Shown piece by piece: positions 39,363 to 48,364 of a stretch of DNA of 64,000 nucleotides. The position numbers and the translations under genes were made by a program. The stretch is from an uncultured delta proteobacterium (lineage in GTDB: Bacteria > Desulfobacterota > Binatia > UBA9968), in contig CAVSHR010000004.1 of the NCBI GenBank assembly GCA_963727625.1, positions 544,001-608,000 of the forward strand, given 5' to 3'. Numbering within the stretch: position 1 is the stretch's first letter; each line of letters opens with the position of its first letter. Under the pieces are notes generated by a model. The model had not been told where the DNA came from and did no database searches. It saw only the letters and a list, made by a program, of their open reading frames with translations.

Positions 39363-40337
39363 ATGGTCACTTCCAACGATTTGAAGGGCATCATGGCGAT
39401 GATGCCAGCGTTTACGACCAAGGACGGCGACCGGATCGATGCGACGGATACGGTCGATACCGATGAGCTGGCGCGCGCGGTGGATCAGTTGATCCGCGAC
39501 GGCGGAGCCAACGTCATCACCACGACCGGCAGTTTCGGGGAATTTCATACGCTGCTTTGGGACGAGCATAAGAAGCTGATCGAGGCGACGGTGGCGGCGG
39601 TGAAGAAGCGCGTGCCGGTGTTTGTCGGCTGCACGAATTTGAATCCGCGCGAGGCGATAAGGCAGGCGAAGTTCGCCCAGGAAGCGGGCGCCGACGGTTT
39701 ACTGTTGGGAGTCCCCTTCTATTATCAGGCGACCGTGGACAACGCGGTGCAGTTCTATCACGACGTGGCCGATGCGCTGCCGAAGATGGGCGTGATGATC
39801 TATCATAACCCGACGCACCATCGTGTGACCATTCCCGTCGGAGCGTTCAAAAAGATCACCGAGAAGCCCAACATCGTCGGCATGAAGGATTCGCACCGCA
39901 CGCCGCTGCAGTTCGTCGAGCTGTGCAATATCACGAAAGGCAAAATAAGCATCTTCGTCAACCAGACCCAGATGTTTCCTTATTATCAGCTCGGCGCGGC
40001 GGGCTGCTGGTCGTTCAACGTCTGGATGGGGCCGTCACCGGTGGTGGCTTTGCGTGGAGCCTGCTTGGCGCAAGATTGGAAAACCGCGACACAGATCTGT
40101 CTCGACCTCGAAGGCACCGGCAAGGTCGGCCCGAATATCGGCAACCTATCTTGGCGTGAAAACGTCTTCAAACTTTCCGTCAACGAAGCCGGCTATTGCA
40201 CCGCCGGTCCGCTGCGCGCGCCGTGGAGAATCATCCCCCAGGAAGTCAAAGACAACGGCAAGAAAATCGCGGCGTACTGGAAGGGGCTCTGCGAAAAGTA
40301 TCCGCTGGCCCGGGAGGCTGAGAGAAAGACAGCTTAG
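39363..40337 (+). CDS. DHDPS/NAL-family aldolase, NahE-like hydratase-aldolase
   Basis: TGSFGEFHTL, IYHNP, GMKDS, MGPSPVVAL, AGPLRAP; AGGAG SD. Confidence 0.82.
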   Translation: MVTSNDLKGIMAMMPAFTTKDGDRIDATDTVDTDELARAVDQLIRDGGANVITTTGSFGEFHTLLWDEHKKLIEATVAAVKKRVPVFVGCTNLNPREAIRQAKFAQEAGADGLLLGVPFYYQATVDNAVQFYHDVADALPKMGVMIYHNPTHHRVTIPVGAFKKITEKPNIVGMKDSHRTPLQFVELCNITKGKISIFVNQTQMFPYYQLGAAGCWSFNVWMGPSPVVALRGACLAQDWKTATQICLDLEGTGKVGPNIGNLSWRENVFKLSVNEAGYCTAGPLRAPWRIIPQEVKDNGKKIAAYWKGLCEKYPLAREAERKTA

Positions 40338-40384
40338 GCGATTTTTCTCGTTCAAGGTTCAAACGTTCAAGGGTTCACGGTCGG

Positions 40385-40427
40385 AAACGAAGCCTCTTTT
40401 CGCTGCTGAGGGGCTTCGTTTTTTTTT
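40385..40427 (+). terminator. Rho-independent terminator
   Basis: AAACGAAGCCTCTT / GAGGGGCTTCGTTT followed by a T tract. Confidence 0.8.
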
Positions 40428-40529
40428 GCATCGCAGCGAGCGCAAATCGACTTGGCGTGTGCTGGACCTTCACCCCAATTTAAGTGTAAAAGACATCATT
40501 GCAGCCAAACCCAATCCAGGGGAGAAATT

Positions 40530-41624
40530 ATGAGCACGACGGCAAATCATAAAATCATCGACGGCGACGGCCATGTGGTCGAGGACATCGCGAGCATCGT
40601 CAAGTACATGCCCGAGGAATATGTCGGCAGGAGCTTTTCGGAGGCGCGGGGAAAAAATCCCTTTCCGCCCATCGACCATTTGCATACCGCCAACCGCCAC
40701 TACACGCCGAAGGGGGCGTTCGCCAACGTCGGGCGCGAAGGCTGGGAGCTGTTTCTCGAAGACGTCGGCATCGGCACCACGGTGCTCTACACCAGCGCGG
40801 GGCTCGCCTTCGGCAAGATCGTCAGCCGCGACTGGGCCATCGAGCTGGCGCGCGCCTACAATAATTGGATCCACGACACTTACCTCTCGAAAAGCCCGCG
40901 CTTCAAGGCGATGGGGTTGATTCCGCTGCAGGAACCGGCCGAAGCGGTGATCGAGCTGCGCCGCATCGTGCGCGATCTCGGTTTCTCCGGCGCCATGCTG
41001 CCGTCCATGGGCGTCAACATGCCGCATCTGGGCTCGCAGAAATATTGGCCGATCTACGGCGAAGCCGAACGCTTGGGCTGCGCCATCGCGATCCACGGCG
41101 GTGCGCACGAAAATCTCTTGATGGACGATATGAGCCCCTACGCAGTGGCCAATGCACTGGGTCATCCAATAAGCCAGATGATCGGTTTTGCCGGGATTAT
41201 CTTCAACGGCGTCTTCGACAAATTCCCCGGCCTGCGCCTGGGCTTCATGGAAGCGGGCTGCGCCTGGCTGCTCACCTGCATGGAGCGCTTCACCGGCTCG
41301 TGGAAAAGCCACGTGCAGCACGATCCGCGCGGCCGCTTCTTGCAGCTGGAAAAAGGCGAAAAGGTCATCGATTATATTCTGCGCCACATCGACGAAGGGC
41401 GCATTTTCGTCGGCTGCGAGGGCGAGGAGCTGAGCATCGCCGAGGCCGTGCGCATCACCGGCAATAAACCCTATGTCTTTTCTACCGACTACCCGCACGA
41501 GGTCGATGCGCAGACGTGCAAGCATGAATTGGAAGAATTACGCGAGAACCCGCATCTGACCGCGGCAGACAAGGACGCCATCCTGTTCGGCAACTCGCAA
41601 AGGTTTTATCAGTTGGCTCAGTGA
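40530..41624 (+). CDS. Amidohydrolase_2 family protein
   Basis: Start MSTTANHKIIDGDGH after GGAG; AIHGG, FMEAG, STDYPHE. Confidence 0.9.
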   Translation: MSTTANHKIIDGDGHVVEDIASIVKYMPEEYVGRSFSEARGKNPFPPIDHLHTANRHYTPKGAFANVGREGWELFLEDVGIGTTVLYTSAGLAFGKIVSRDWAIELARAYNNWIHDTYLSKSPRFKAMGLIPLQEPAEAVIELRRIVRDLGFSGAMLPSMGVNMPHLGSQKYWPIYGEAERLGCAIAIHGGAHENLLMDDMSPYAVANALGHPISQMIGFAGIIFNGVFDKFPGLRLGFMEAGCAWLLTCMERFTGSWKSHVQHDPRGRFLQLEKGEKVIDYILRHIDEGRIFVGCEGEELSIAEAVRITGNKPYVFSTDYPHEVDAQTCKHELEELRENPHLTAADKDAILFGNSQRFYQLAQ

Positions 41625-41687
41625 GTCTAGAGTTTAAGGTCTAGTGTCTAGTGTTTCCCCTCCCCCAACCCTAGACTCTCGACCCCT
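41625..41687. repeat. Heptamer-unit imperfect palindrome
   Basis: GTCTAGA GTTTAAG GTCTAGT GTCTAGT ... CCTAGAC TCTCGAC. Confidence 0.6.
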
Positions 41688-41758
41688 CAACGAGATATGA
41701 GACGTGGCGAAGCGAAAGCGGTCCAACACTCCATAGAATTCCAGGAGAAAAAAAAGCG

Positions 41759-42850
41759 ATGAACACCAGAAAACACAAAATCATCGACGGCGACGGCCAC
41801 GTGGTTGAAGATCATTCGGCGATTGCGGCGCGCATGCCGGAAAAGTATCGCGACCGCTTCGGCTCGAGCCGCAACCCCTATCCGCCCAACGATCATTTGC
41901 ACTCCGCCAACGCTCATGTTCTCCCGCCGGGCGCCTTCGCCAAAGTCGGACGCGAGGGTTGGATCGACTTCATGGAAGATGTCGGCCTGGCGAGCGCGGT
42001 ACTCTACCCGACCAACGGCTTGTCTTTCGGCCGCGTCGTAAGTCTCGACTGGGCCATCGAGCTGGCCCACGCTTACAACGACTGGATGCGCGACGAATAC
42101 GTGAGCAAAAGCGACCGCTTTCAGGCCTTGGGCCTGATCCCGCTGCAAGAGCCGCAGGAAGCCGTAAAAGAGCTGCGCCGCATCGTCAAAGAGCTGGGTT
42201 TCTGCGGCGCCATGCTGCCGAGCACCGGCGTCATAGGAGCGCAAAATCATCTCGGCGACGAAAAATACTGGCCGATCTATAAAGAGGCCAATCGGCTCGA
42301 ATGCTGCCTCGGCATCCACGGCGGTGTACACGATCATATGGGTCTGGACGACATGACACCCTACGCACCGGTCAACGCGCTCGGTCACCCCTTCGGCCAG
42401 ATGGTCAACTTCGGCGGCATTCTCTTCAACGGAGTCTTTGACAAATATCCCAAGGTCCGCTTCGGTTTCATGGAAGCCGGCGCCGGCTGGTTCGTCAACT
42501 GCATCGAGCGCTTCGAGCGCGCCTGGAACAGCCATGTGCAGTACGATCCGCGCGGGCGCTTTTTGAAGCTGCGCGACCAGGAATCGATCACCGATTACAT
42601 CAAACGCCATGTCAAAGAGGGACGCATCTTCGTCGGCGTCGAAGGCGATGAGCTCACCCTGCCCTTCGCCGTCAGCGTGGTCGGCAACAAGCCGTTTATC
42701 TTTTCCTCGGACTTCCCGCACGAGGTCAACAACGACACCTGCAAGGAAGAGCTCGAAGAGCTCGACGAAAACCAGCGGCTCACGCAGGAAGACAAAGACG
42801 CCGTGCGGTACCGTAACGCGGAACGATTCTACGGGCTCTCAGGAAACTGA
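41759..42850 (+). CDS. Amidohydrolase_2 family protein, tandem paralogue
   Basis: KIIDGDGHVVED, DWAIELA, GLIPLQEP, SSDFPHE shared with the preceding gene. Confidence 0.9.
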   Translation: MNTRKHKIIDGDGHVVEDHSAIAARMPEKYRDRFGSSRNPYPPNDHLHSANAHVLPPGAFAKVGREGWIDFMEDVGLASAVLYPTNGLSFGRVVSLDWAIELAHAYNDWMRDEYVSKSDRFQALGLIPLQEPQEAVKELRRIVKELGFCGAMLPSTGVIGAQNHLGDEKYWPIYKEANRLECCLGIHGGVHDHMGLDDMTPYAPVNALGHPFGQMVNFGGILFNGVFDKYPKVRFGFMEAGAGWFVNCIERFERAWNSHVQYDPRGRFLKLRDQESITDYIKRHVKEGRIFVGVEGDELTLPFAVSVVGNKPFIFSSDFPHEVNNDTCKEELEELDENQRLTQEDKDAVRYRNAERFYGLSGN

Positions 42851-42962
42851 GGCCCGTTCCAGTCGTTCAAAATGTTCAAGCCATTCAATTCGTTTTGGGG
42901 CAAGATTCGGAACGGGAAAATTATTTGTTAATGGCACATAAAAATCATAGAAAGAACCCATT

Positions 42963-43952
42963 GTGAGTACCGCCTTACGTCGCATTATTTTTCTCATCAC
43001 GATCACGAACACGATCTTCTTCACGACTTCCCCGCACGCCCAAACCCTCACCAACTTCCGCATCGCCAACGGCACCAGCGGAGAAAACCCGGCGGTGCTC
43101 TGGGTCGGCGTCGAGCAGGGCTTCTTCCGCAAGCATGGACTCAACGTCGAGGTAATTTACATGCGCGTGGGGTCGCTCGCGGCCTCGGCGTTGGTATCCG
43201 GCGACGTGAACGCGGTTCTGACCAGCTCTAATGCGGTTTTGAATCTCGCCGCCGGGGGGCTGGACGTCGTCATCATCGGCTCGTTGTTTCAACGCCCTGA
43301 GGGGGATTTCATGGCGCGACCGGAAATCAAGCGACCGGAAGATCTCAAAGGCAAGCTGGTAGCGATTCAGAGCATCGGCGGCGGTGGATGGGCGAACAAT
43401 ATGCTGGCGATGGATTACCTCGGACTCGACGCTGATCGCGACAACATCCGTTTCATCGTGCTCGGCGATCAACCCTCGCGCATTCAAGCGCTCGAGACAG
43501 GCCGCGCCCAGGCATCCTGGATGGGCTCGACTTTCAGCGCACCGCTCAAGAAAAAAGGCTACACGGTCCTGGTCAATTTGAGCCGGGCGCCGATTCCCTA
43601 CGTCGGCTCGTCTCTGGTGGTCAAAAAAACCGCGGCACATCAAGACGCAAAGACCTACGAGAGTTTACTCAAGGGCACCATCGATGCGTTGCGCTTCTTT
43701 CAAAAACCGGAAAACAAACCGGCAGTGCTGAAGACCATGGCCAAGCATCTCAGGCTCAACCGCGCGGAAGACGCGGAAACCGGCTATCACGCGATGGTCG
43801 CGGCCTACAGCAATGACATGAGGCCGAAACCCGAAGGCCTGCAAAAGATTTACTCCATCCTATCTCGAACCAATCCCAAGCTCTCGACGCTGAAGCCGGA
43901 GACCATACTCGACACGACATTCATTCAGAAAATCCAATCGAGCGGTTACTGA
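42963..43952 (+). CDS. ABC substrate-binding protein, SsuA/THI5/NMT1-like
   Basis: Signal peptide ending HAQ, GFFRKHGLNVE, ALVSGDV, DLKGK. Confidence 0.88.
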   Translation: MSTALRRIIFLITITNTIFFTTSPHAQTLTNFRIANGTSGENPAVLWVGVEQGFFRKHGLNVEVIYMRVGSLAASALVSGDVNAVLTSSNAVLNLAAGGLDVVIIGSLFQRPEGDFMARPEIKRPEDLKGKLVAIQSIGGGGWANNMLAMDYLGLDADRDNIRFIVLGDQPSRIQALETGRAQASWMGSTFSAPLKKKGYTVLVNLSRAPIPYVGSSLVVKKTAAHQDAKTYESLLKGTIDALRFFQKPENKPAVLKTMAKHLRLNRAEDAETGYHAMVAAYSNDMRPKPEGLQKIYSILSRTNPKLSTLKPETILDTTFIQKIQSSGY

Positions 43953-43967
43953 GCGAAGGACGCAATC

Positions 43968-44090
43968 ATGCGGATGTCCATATTGCTGGTGACCATGGCG
44001 GTCGGTTTGCATCCCGATCAACGCTCGGCCCAGCTGCTAAAGTTTCGCGCCGCCAAAGGCGGCTTCGGCACGGTGATTCCCATCGACTAG
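43968..44090 (+). pseudogene. N-terminal remnant of a second substrate-binding protein
   Basis: AAGGA SD then MRMSILLVTMAVGLHPDQRSAQLLKFRAAKGGFGTVIPID*. Confidence 0.4.
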
Positions 44091-44149
44091 CATGATTGCG
44101 CTCGTCAGGGCTCACCGGCTCTCGCGGGTACGACGTAAGAGAATCAGGG

Positions 44150-44536
44150 ATGATCGCCCACATCGGCATCCAGGTCAGCGACATCGAACGCAGCAAAACA
44201 TTCTACGCCGACGCGCTACGACCGACCGGCTATCAATTGCTACGGGACTATGGCGTCACCCCGGAGCGACCGGTCGCCAGCGCGGGCTTCGGCGCCCCGC
44301 CGCACGCCGATCTGTGGCTCTACCAGGGCAAGCCAACCGCGGCAACCACGCATATTGCGATTTTGGTCGACAAGCGCGCGCTGGTGGACGCCTTTTATCA
44401 AGCGGCGATCGCGGCCGGGGGACGCGACAACGGCAAGCCGGGATTGCGACCGCAATACAGTGCCGGCTATTACGGCGCTTTTGTCCTCGATCCAGACGGT
44501 TACAATATCGAAGCGGTTTGTCGAGCAGCAGAATAG
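44150..44536 (+). CDS. VOC/glyoxalase family protein
   Basis: MIAHIGIQVSD, HIA, DNGKPGLRPQY, YYGAFVLDPDGYNIEAVC. Confidence 0.92.
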   Translation: MIAHIGIQVSDIERSKTFYADALRPTGYQLLRDYGVTPERPVASAGFGAPPHADLWLYQGKPTAATTHIAILVDKRALVDAFYQAAIAAGGRDNGKPGLRPQYSAGYYGAFVLDPDGYNIEAVCRAAE

Positions 44537-44587
44537 TTGAAGGCTTTGGTTAATTTCCGATTTTAAGAGTCCAGAAAATAATATCTC

Positions 44588-44776
44588 TTAGGAATCCTTG
44601 CGCCGCACGTTGGAGTTCTTAATCAACCAGTTTTCAATCAGCTTTCTTTTGAAGCGCCACTGATTGCCGACTTTAAAGGCCGGTAGTTCCCGGTCGTTCA
44701 ATAGGCGATAGACGGTAAACTTATCGACGTTTAAATATTTCGCCACCTGTTCCAACGTCAGCAGTTGTTCGGGCAT
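44588..44776 (-). CDS. HTH_17 excisionase-like DNA-binding protein
   Basis: LLTLEQVAKYLNV...TVYRL...LPAFKVGNQWRF. Confidence 0.9.
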   Translation of the reverse strand: MPEQLLTLEQVAKYLNVDKFTVYRLLNDRELPAFKVGNQWRFKRKLIENWLIKNSNVRRKDS

Positions 44777-45016
44777 ACTCTACCAACCCCCAGCTCGCAA
44801 TCCCTCTTGAAACTGTTAACTTCCTTTACAGCTATTTTGTGCGCTCTAATCCTCGATTGTGGGGATGGTTTTTATTGCAATTGATTAAGAATAGCAAGAG
44901 CGGTTTTTCGCGTTAAAGCGAGACTGATTCGAACCCGACACTTTGTCGCTCCTACGACTTCAATGCGCTGCGCTTAGCGACCAAGCTCCAACATTGGCAC
45001 AGCTACAGTTGTGCGA

Positions 45017-45361
45017 TTACTTAGCAGCGCAGATCGTAATCTCCACCAAAGTCCCAGGCGTGAGGACGGCACCGACCGCGGTGCGCGTCGGTAGATTCGA
45101 CCGATCGACCCACGCCATCCAAGCTTCGTTCATCTCGTCTTTGAGGCTGGCGTCGGCCATATAAACCGTCGCACTCAAGATCCGCGACTTGTGGGTACCG
45201 GCTTTTTCAAGCACGGCATCGATCTTCTTTAGCACCTGTGCAGTCTGCCCTTTCATGTCGAGGGATTTATCGTCGGCCACCGTGCCGGAAAGAAAAACCA
45301 GATCGCCGAACACTGCCGCGCTGCAGTTCCACTCACGAGGATTGATTCTCTGTATTTCCAT
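45017..45361 (-). CDS. RidA family protein
   Basis: VFLSG, QTAQVL, MNEAW, PTRTAV, LVEI. Confidence 0.9.
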   Translation of the reverse strand: MEIQRINPREWNCSAAVFGDLVFLSGTVADDKSLDMKGQTAQVLKKIDAVLEKAGTHKSRILSATVYMADASLKDEMNEAWMAWVDRSNLPTRTAVGAVLTPGTLVEITICAAK

Positions 45362-45430
45362 TCCGATATCCTTTCGCAGATTCTAGACTACGTTATGCGA
45401 GAACTAATGAATGAACACGGGTATTATCTG

Positions 45431-46279
45431 TCAGACGGTTTGCCCACCTATACCAATGTAATTACGCAGCCGCCACGCCAAATGCGTAGCGATCCCATCA
45501 AGATCGGGAACTAAACGTGCGCGATGTATCCCCATGCGGAAAAGACGCTTGAGAAAAATCACTTTGTCTTTCTCTTGGATAAGAAGACGTCTAGTTTTGT
45601 CTTTGTCCAACGCAACCTCAGGCTCTGGGAAAGCAGCAAAAACGCCATCTTGCGCAATGATTCTTTGATCTACGTGCGGTGGATTCAATAGCTTAACTTC
45701 CTTGTAGCCTTTGAAAGGGCAAGGCGTTTCCCAAATATCCAGCGCTTTATGTGCGTACCAAGCATAAATCACTGCGCAGTTTTCTCGCTCGATAGAAGAC
45801 CCATCGTCTTCATTTATGATCTGAGCCGCACTTTCTTCCTCGGTCAAGTCAGAATCATGAAGCGGGTCAATTACCTCAAAATCATTGTTATTCTCCGGTT
45901 CGCTTAACGCGAAAAATGCAGCGGCGAAGGGGTTCCTGGTCCAATCCAGCAACCTTGTCGGTAGACCGTAATGTTGAGCAATTACCAGCCATTCCCAGTC
46001 AGTCGGGTTAGCGTTTATATAGGGGACTGCCCTTGCCCGAAATTGTTTGAATATTCTTTGTTCCAGTTCCGGGAATGTAACCTTACCTTGCTGAGATTGC
46101 ATAACGCTAACAGTTTCTCTTCTGCCAATTTTTGGTTTGAGTTCAAATTTCGCATTGCCAACGCCTCTGAAAACCCACACGCCATTTTGAAAACGTGATA
46201 GTTCATGAACAAGCGTCGACCACTTGCGGATTTCGACCGGCTCAAGTGGAAGTCGTTTGCTCTTCTTAGATCGGGCCAA
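45431..46279 (-). CDS. FRG-domain protein (start uncertain; TTG 46279 preferred to avoid overlap with the amidase)
   Basis: VFRGV, AQHYGLPTRLLDWTRNP..AAFFA, RIIAQDGVF, PDLDG; visibly AT-richer than flanks. Confidence 0.9.
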   Translation of the reverse strand: MARSKKSKRLPLEPVEIRKWSTLVHELSRFQNGVWVFRGVGNAKFELKPKIGRRETVSVMQSQQGKVTFPELEQRIFKQFRARAVPYINANPTDWEWLVIAQHYGLPTRLLDWTRNPFAAAFFALSEPENNNDFEVIDPLHDSDLTEEESAAQIINEDDGSSIERENCAVIYAWYAHKALDIWETPCPFKGYKEVKLLNPPHVDQRIIAQDGVFAAFPEPEVALDKDKTRRLLIQEKDKVIFLKRLFRMGIHRARLVPDLDGIATHLAWRLRNYIGIGGQTV

Positions 46280-46338
46280 GCCTCCCCCACTTTCGAGGGT
46301 TGAGACAATTGAAACGGCTGTAATCGCTGTAACTATTC

Positions 46339-47724
46339 CTAAATCTGAGGCCTTCTCTCGTACCATTTCATTTGCTGCTGATAAGTATATCCCGCGCGCA
46401 GCACGGTAACCTCGTCGAACGGTTTACCGACCAGCTGCAGAGAAATAGGCAAATTGTTTTCCGAAAAACCGCACGGTACGGATAGCGTTGGCAGGCCGGT
46501 CAAATTGAACGGGCCGTGATACTCGGGCACGACGTGCTTGAACAAAGTGTCGATGGGTCCCACGTCCTTCACCCGCGGCGCGGGTCCGGCCTGATTGGGC
46601 AGCGCCAGGCAGTTCACCTTGGTAAATACTTCCGCCAATTCGGCGCGGCAGCGGCTGCGGATGCGCTGGGCCTGAATATAATCCGCCGAGCCGGTGAGCA
46701 GGCCGAGATAAATGCGCGCGCGTCGCTGTGGTGCGCCGGTTTTCAGCACGGTGGCCGCGTCGCTCTTATGCGCCGCCCAAAACTCGTTGTAATAAATGAC
46801 CGCGTTGGCGATGGTCGCCAGATTCAGCGTCGGCACTTTGACTTCTTCAACGCGCGCGCCGAACGACTTCAGAGCATCAATCGCTTCATCGACGCGCTTG
46901 AGCACGATCGGATCGGTGCGCGGCGCGCATTCGTCGATATAGGCCCGCGGCACGCCAACCACCATACTCTTGATGTCGCCACCCAGCGCGCTCGTGTAGT
47001 CGACCACAGGCGCGTTGCTCGACGTCGGATCTTTGGGATCGTAGCCGGCGATCGCGTTCAGCATATATGCCAGATCCTCGACGACCCGCGCGATCGGGCC
47101 GCAATGATCGAGCGACCAACTGAGCGGCGCAAGACCATGGCGGCTCACTCGCCCGTAGGTCGCTTTCAAACCCGCGAGGCCGCAAAACGCCGACGGATTG
47201 CGGATCGACCCCGCCGTGTCCTCGCCGAGAGAGCCAAGACACAAGCCGCCTGCCACCGCGGCGCCCGAGCCGGTGCTCGATCCGCCGGTGATATGTTCCG
47301 TGTTCCATGGGTTGCGCGGCTGCGGCAGCTCCGCGTCGGGTAAACTGCTCATGTGCAGCTTGCCCATCATCACCGCGCCGGCCTCGCGCAGCTTGCGCAC
47401 TGCCGTGGCATCGCCGACGCCTTGGGTGTGCTGGCGAATCCGCGCCGGCGCGCCTTCCACATCCAACTGATCTTTGACTGCGATCGGAATACCATGCATC
47501 GGCCCGCGCCAATTGCCTTTAGCAATTTCCGCCTCGGCGGCGCGGGCTTCGGCCATGGCGCCGTCGGCCATGAGATTGATATACGAGTGCAGCTTCCCGT
47601 CGACGGCTTGAATGCGGTCGAGCACCGCGCGCGTCAATTCCACCGGCGAGAGCTTGCGCTCTTTGATCAACTGCTGCGCTTCATGGATGGTCAGGTAACA
47701 AAGCGGCTTCTCAGTCAGTGCCAT
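46339..47724 (-). CDS. Amidase signature family protein (GatA/AtzE-like)
   Basis: GIPIAVKD, TGGSSTGSG, GEDTAGSIRNP, GLKATYGRVS. Confidence 0.92.
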   Translation of the reverse strand: MALTEKPLCYLTIHEAQQLIKERKLSPVELTRAVLDRIQAVDGKLHSYINLMADGAMAEARAAEAEIAKGNWRGPMHGIPIAVKDQLDVEGAPARIRQHTQGVGDATAVRKLREAGAVMMGKLHMSSLPDAELPQPRNPWNTEHITGGSSTGSGAAVAGGLCLGSLGEDTAGSIRNPSAFCGLAGLKATYGRVSRHGLAPLSWSLDHCGPIARVVEDLAYMLNAIAGYDPKDPTSSNAPVVDYTSALGGDIKSMVVGVPRAYIDECAPRTDPIVLKRVDEAIDALKSFGARVEEVKVPTLNLATIANAVIYYNEFWAAHKSDAATVLKTGAPQRRARIYLGLLTGSADYIQAQRIRSRCRAELAEVFTKVNCLALPNQAGPAPRVKDVGPIDTLFKHVVPEYHGPFNLTGLPTLSVPCGFSENNLPISLQLVGKPFDEVTVLRAGYTYQQQMKWYERRPQI

Positions 47725-47739
47725 GGCGAAGCTCCCAGA

Positions 47740-47767
47740 TTTTCAATTTTCAACTCTCAATTTTCAA
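47740..47767. repeat. Four tandem heptamers
   Basis: TTTTCAA TTTTCAA CTCTCAA TTTTCAA. Confidence 0.8.
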
Positions 47768-47775
47768 TTACCAAT

Positions 47776-47964
47776 TCAGCTTTTCCACTCCGGACAAAAC
47801 ACCGGCCCCAACTCCTCCGCCCCGAGATTCACCGAGTGCAACTGTTTTAGGTTCTCCATATAAAGCTCGATGATCTCCGAGAACTGTTCCAAGTCCCCCG
47901 GCTTGGGCTCCAAGCCTTCGCGCTTCAATACCGCCATAAGGTTTTCCTCTATTAACTTGTTCAT
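47776..47964 (-). CDS. Small amidase partner, GatC/AtzG-like
   Basis: 62 aa, AGGAGG SD, helical, ends ELGPVFCP, directly upstream of the amidase. Confidence 0.65.
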   Translation of the reverse strand: MNKLIEENLMAVLKREGLEPKPGDLEQFSEIIELYMENLKQLHSVNLGAEELGPVFCPEWKS

Positions 47965-48291
47965 GCGTCCTCCTAACACCGGACTGAGTCATTCTATACT
48001 GGACAATCTTATTATTTTCCCGGCCAAAAACTTACGCTGCAGGCAGAACTTGGTGCCTGCTTCTGATTTCACGTTCGTCCCTAAACCTTTTAGAAACTTG
48101 TCGCTGCAGACTCTATCGTCTTGACGCAATTTCCGTCAAGCTCCCTCCGGGGTGCGCTTTTCTGCTCGATACCCGTATCCGGGTAAAATTGTGGCGCCCC
48201 TGCAATGCTTGGACGTAAATTTGTCATAAATGTTTGTAATCAAAGCGCCCGCAAGGTCGGTAATTTTCCGCTAACTCACAATTTTACTTTA

Positions 48292-48307
48292 TGGCATGAG
48301 GCTTGCT
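48292..48307 (+). promoter_or_regulatory. Sigma54 -24/-12 promoter
   Basis: TGGCATGAGGCTTGCT with exact GG-N10-GC spacing, 57 nt before the kinase ATG. Confidence 0.75.
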
Positions 48308-48364
48308 GCAAGGCTTGCTCTAGCAAACTAACTCGACTAGGCATCACGGTCCTAATGGTTTTTT

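Noticed and set aside
44588-44776. Excisionase-like gene as evidence for a prophage
   Set aside because: No integrase or phage genes in the window; stand-alone HTH_17 regulators are common
44925-44940. GGGTTCGAATC T-loop-like sequence on the minus strand near the HTH_17 gene
   Set aside because: No T-stem pairing or cloverleaf
47740-47767. Short repeats as a CRISPR array
   Set aside because: Units of 7 nt with no spacers and no cas genes
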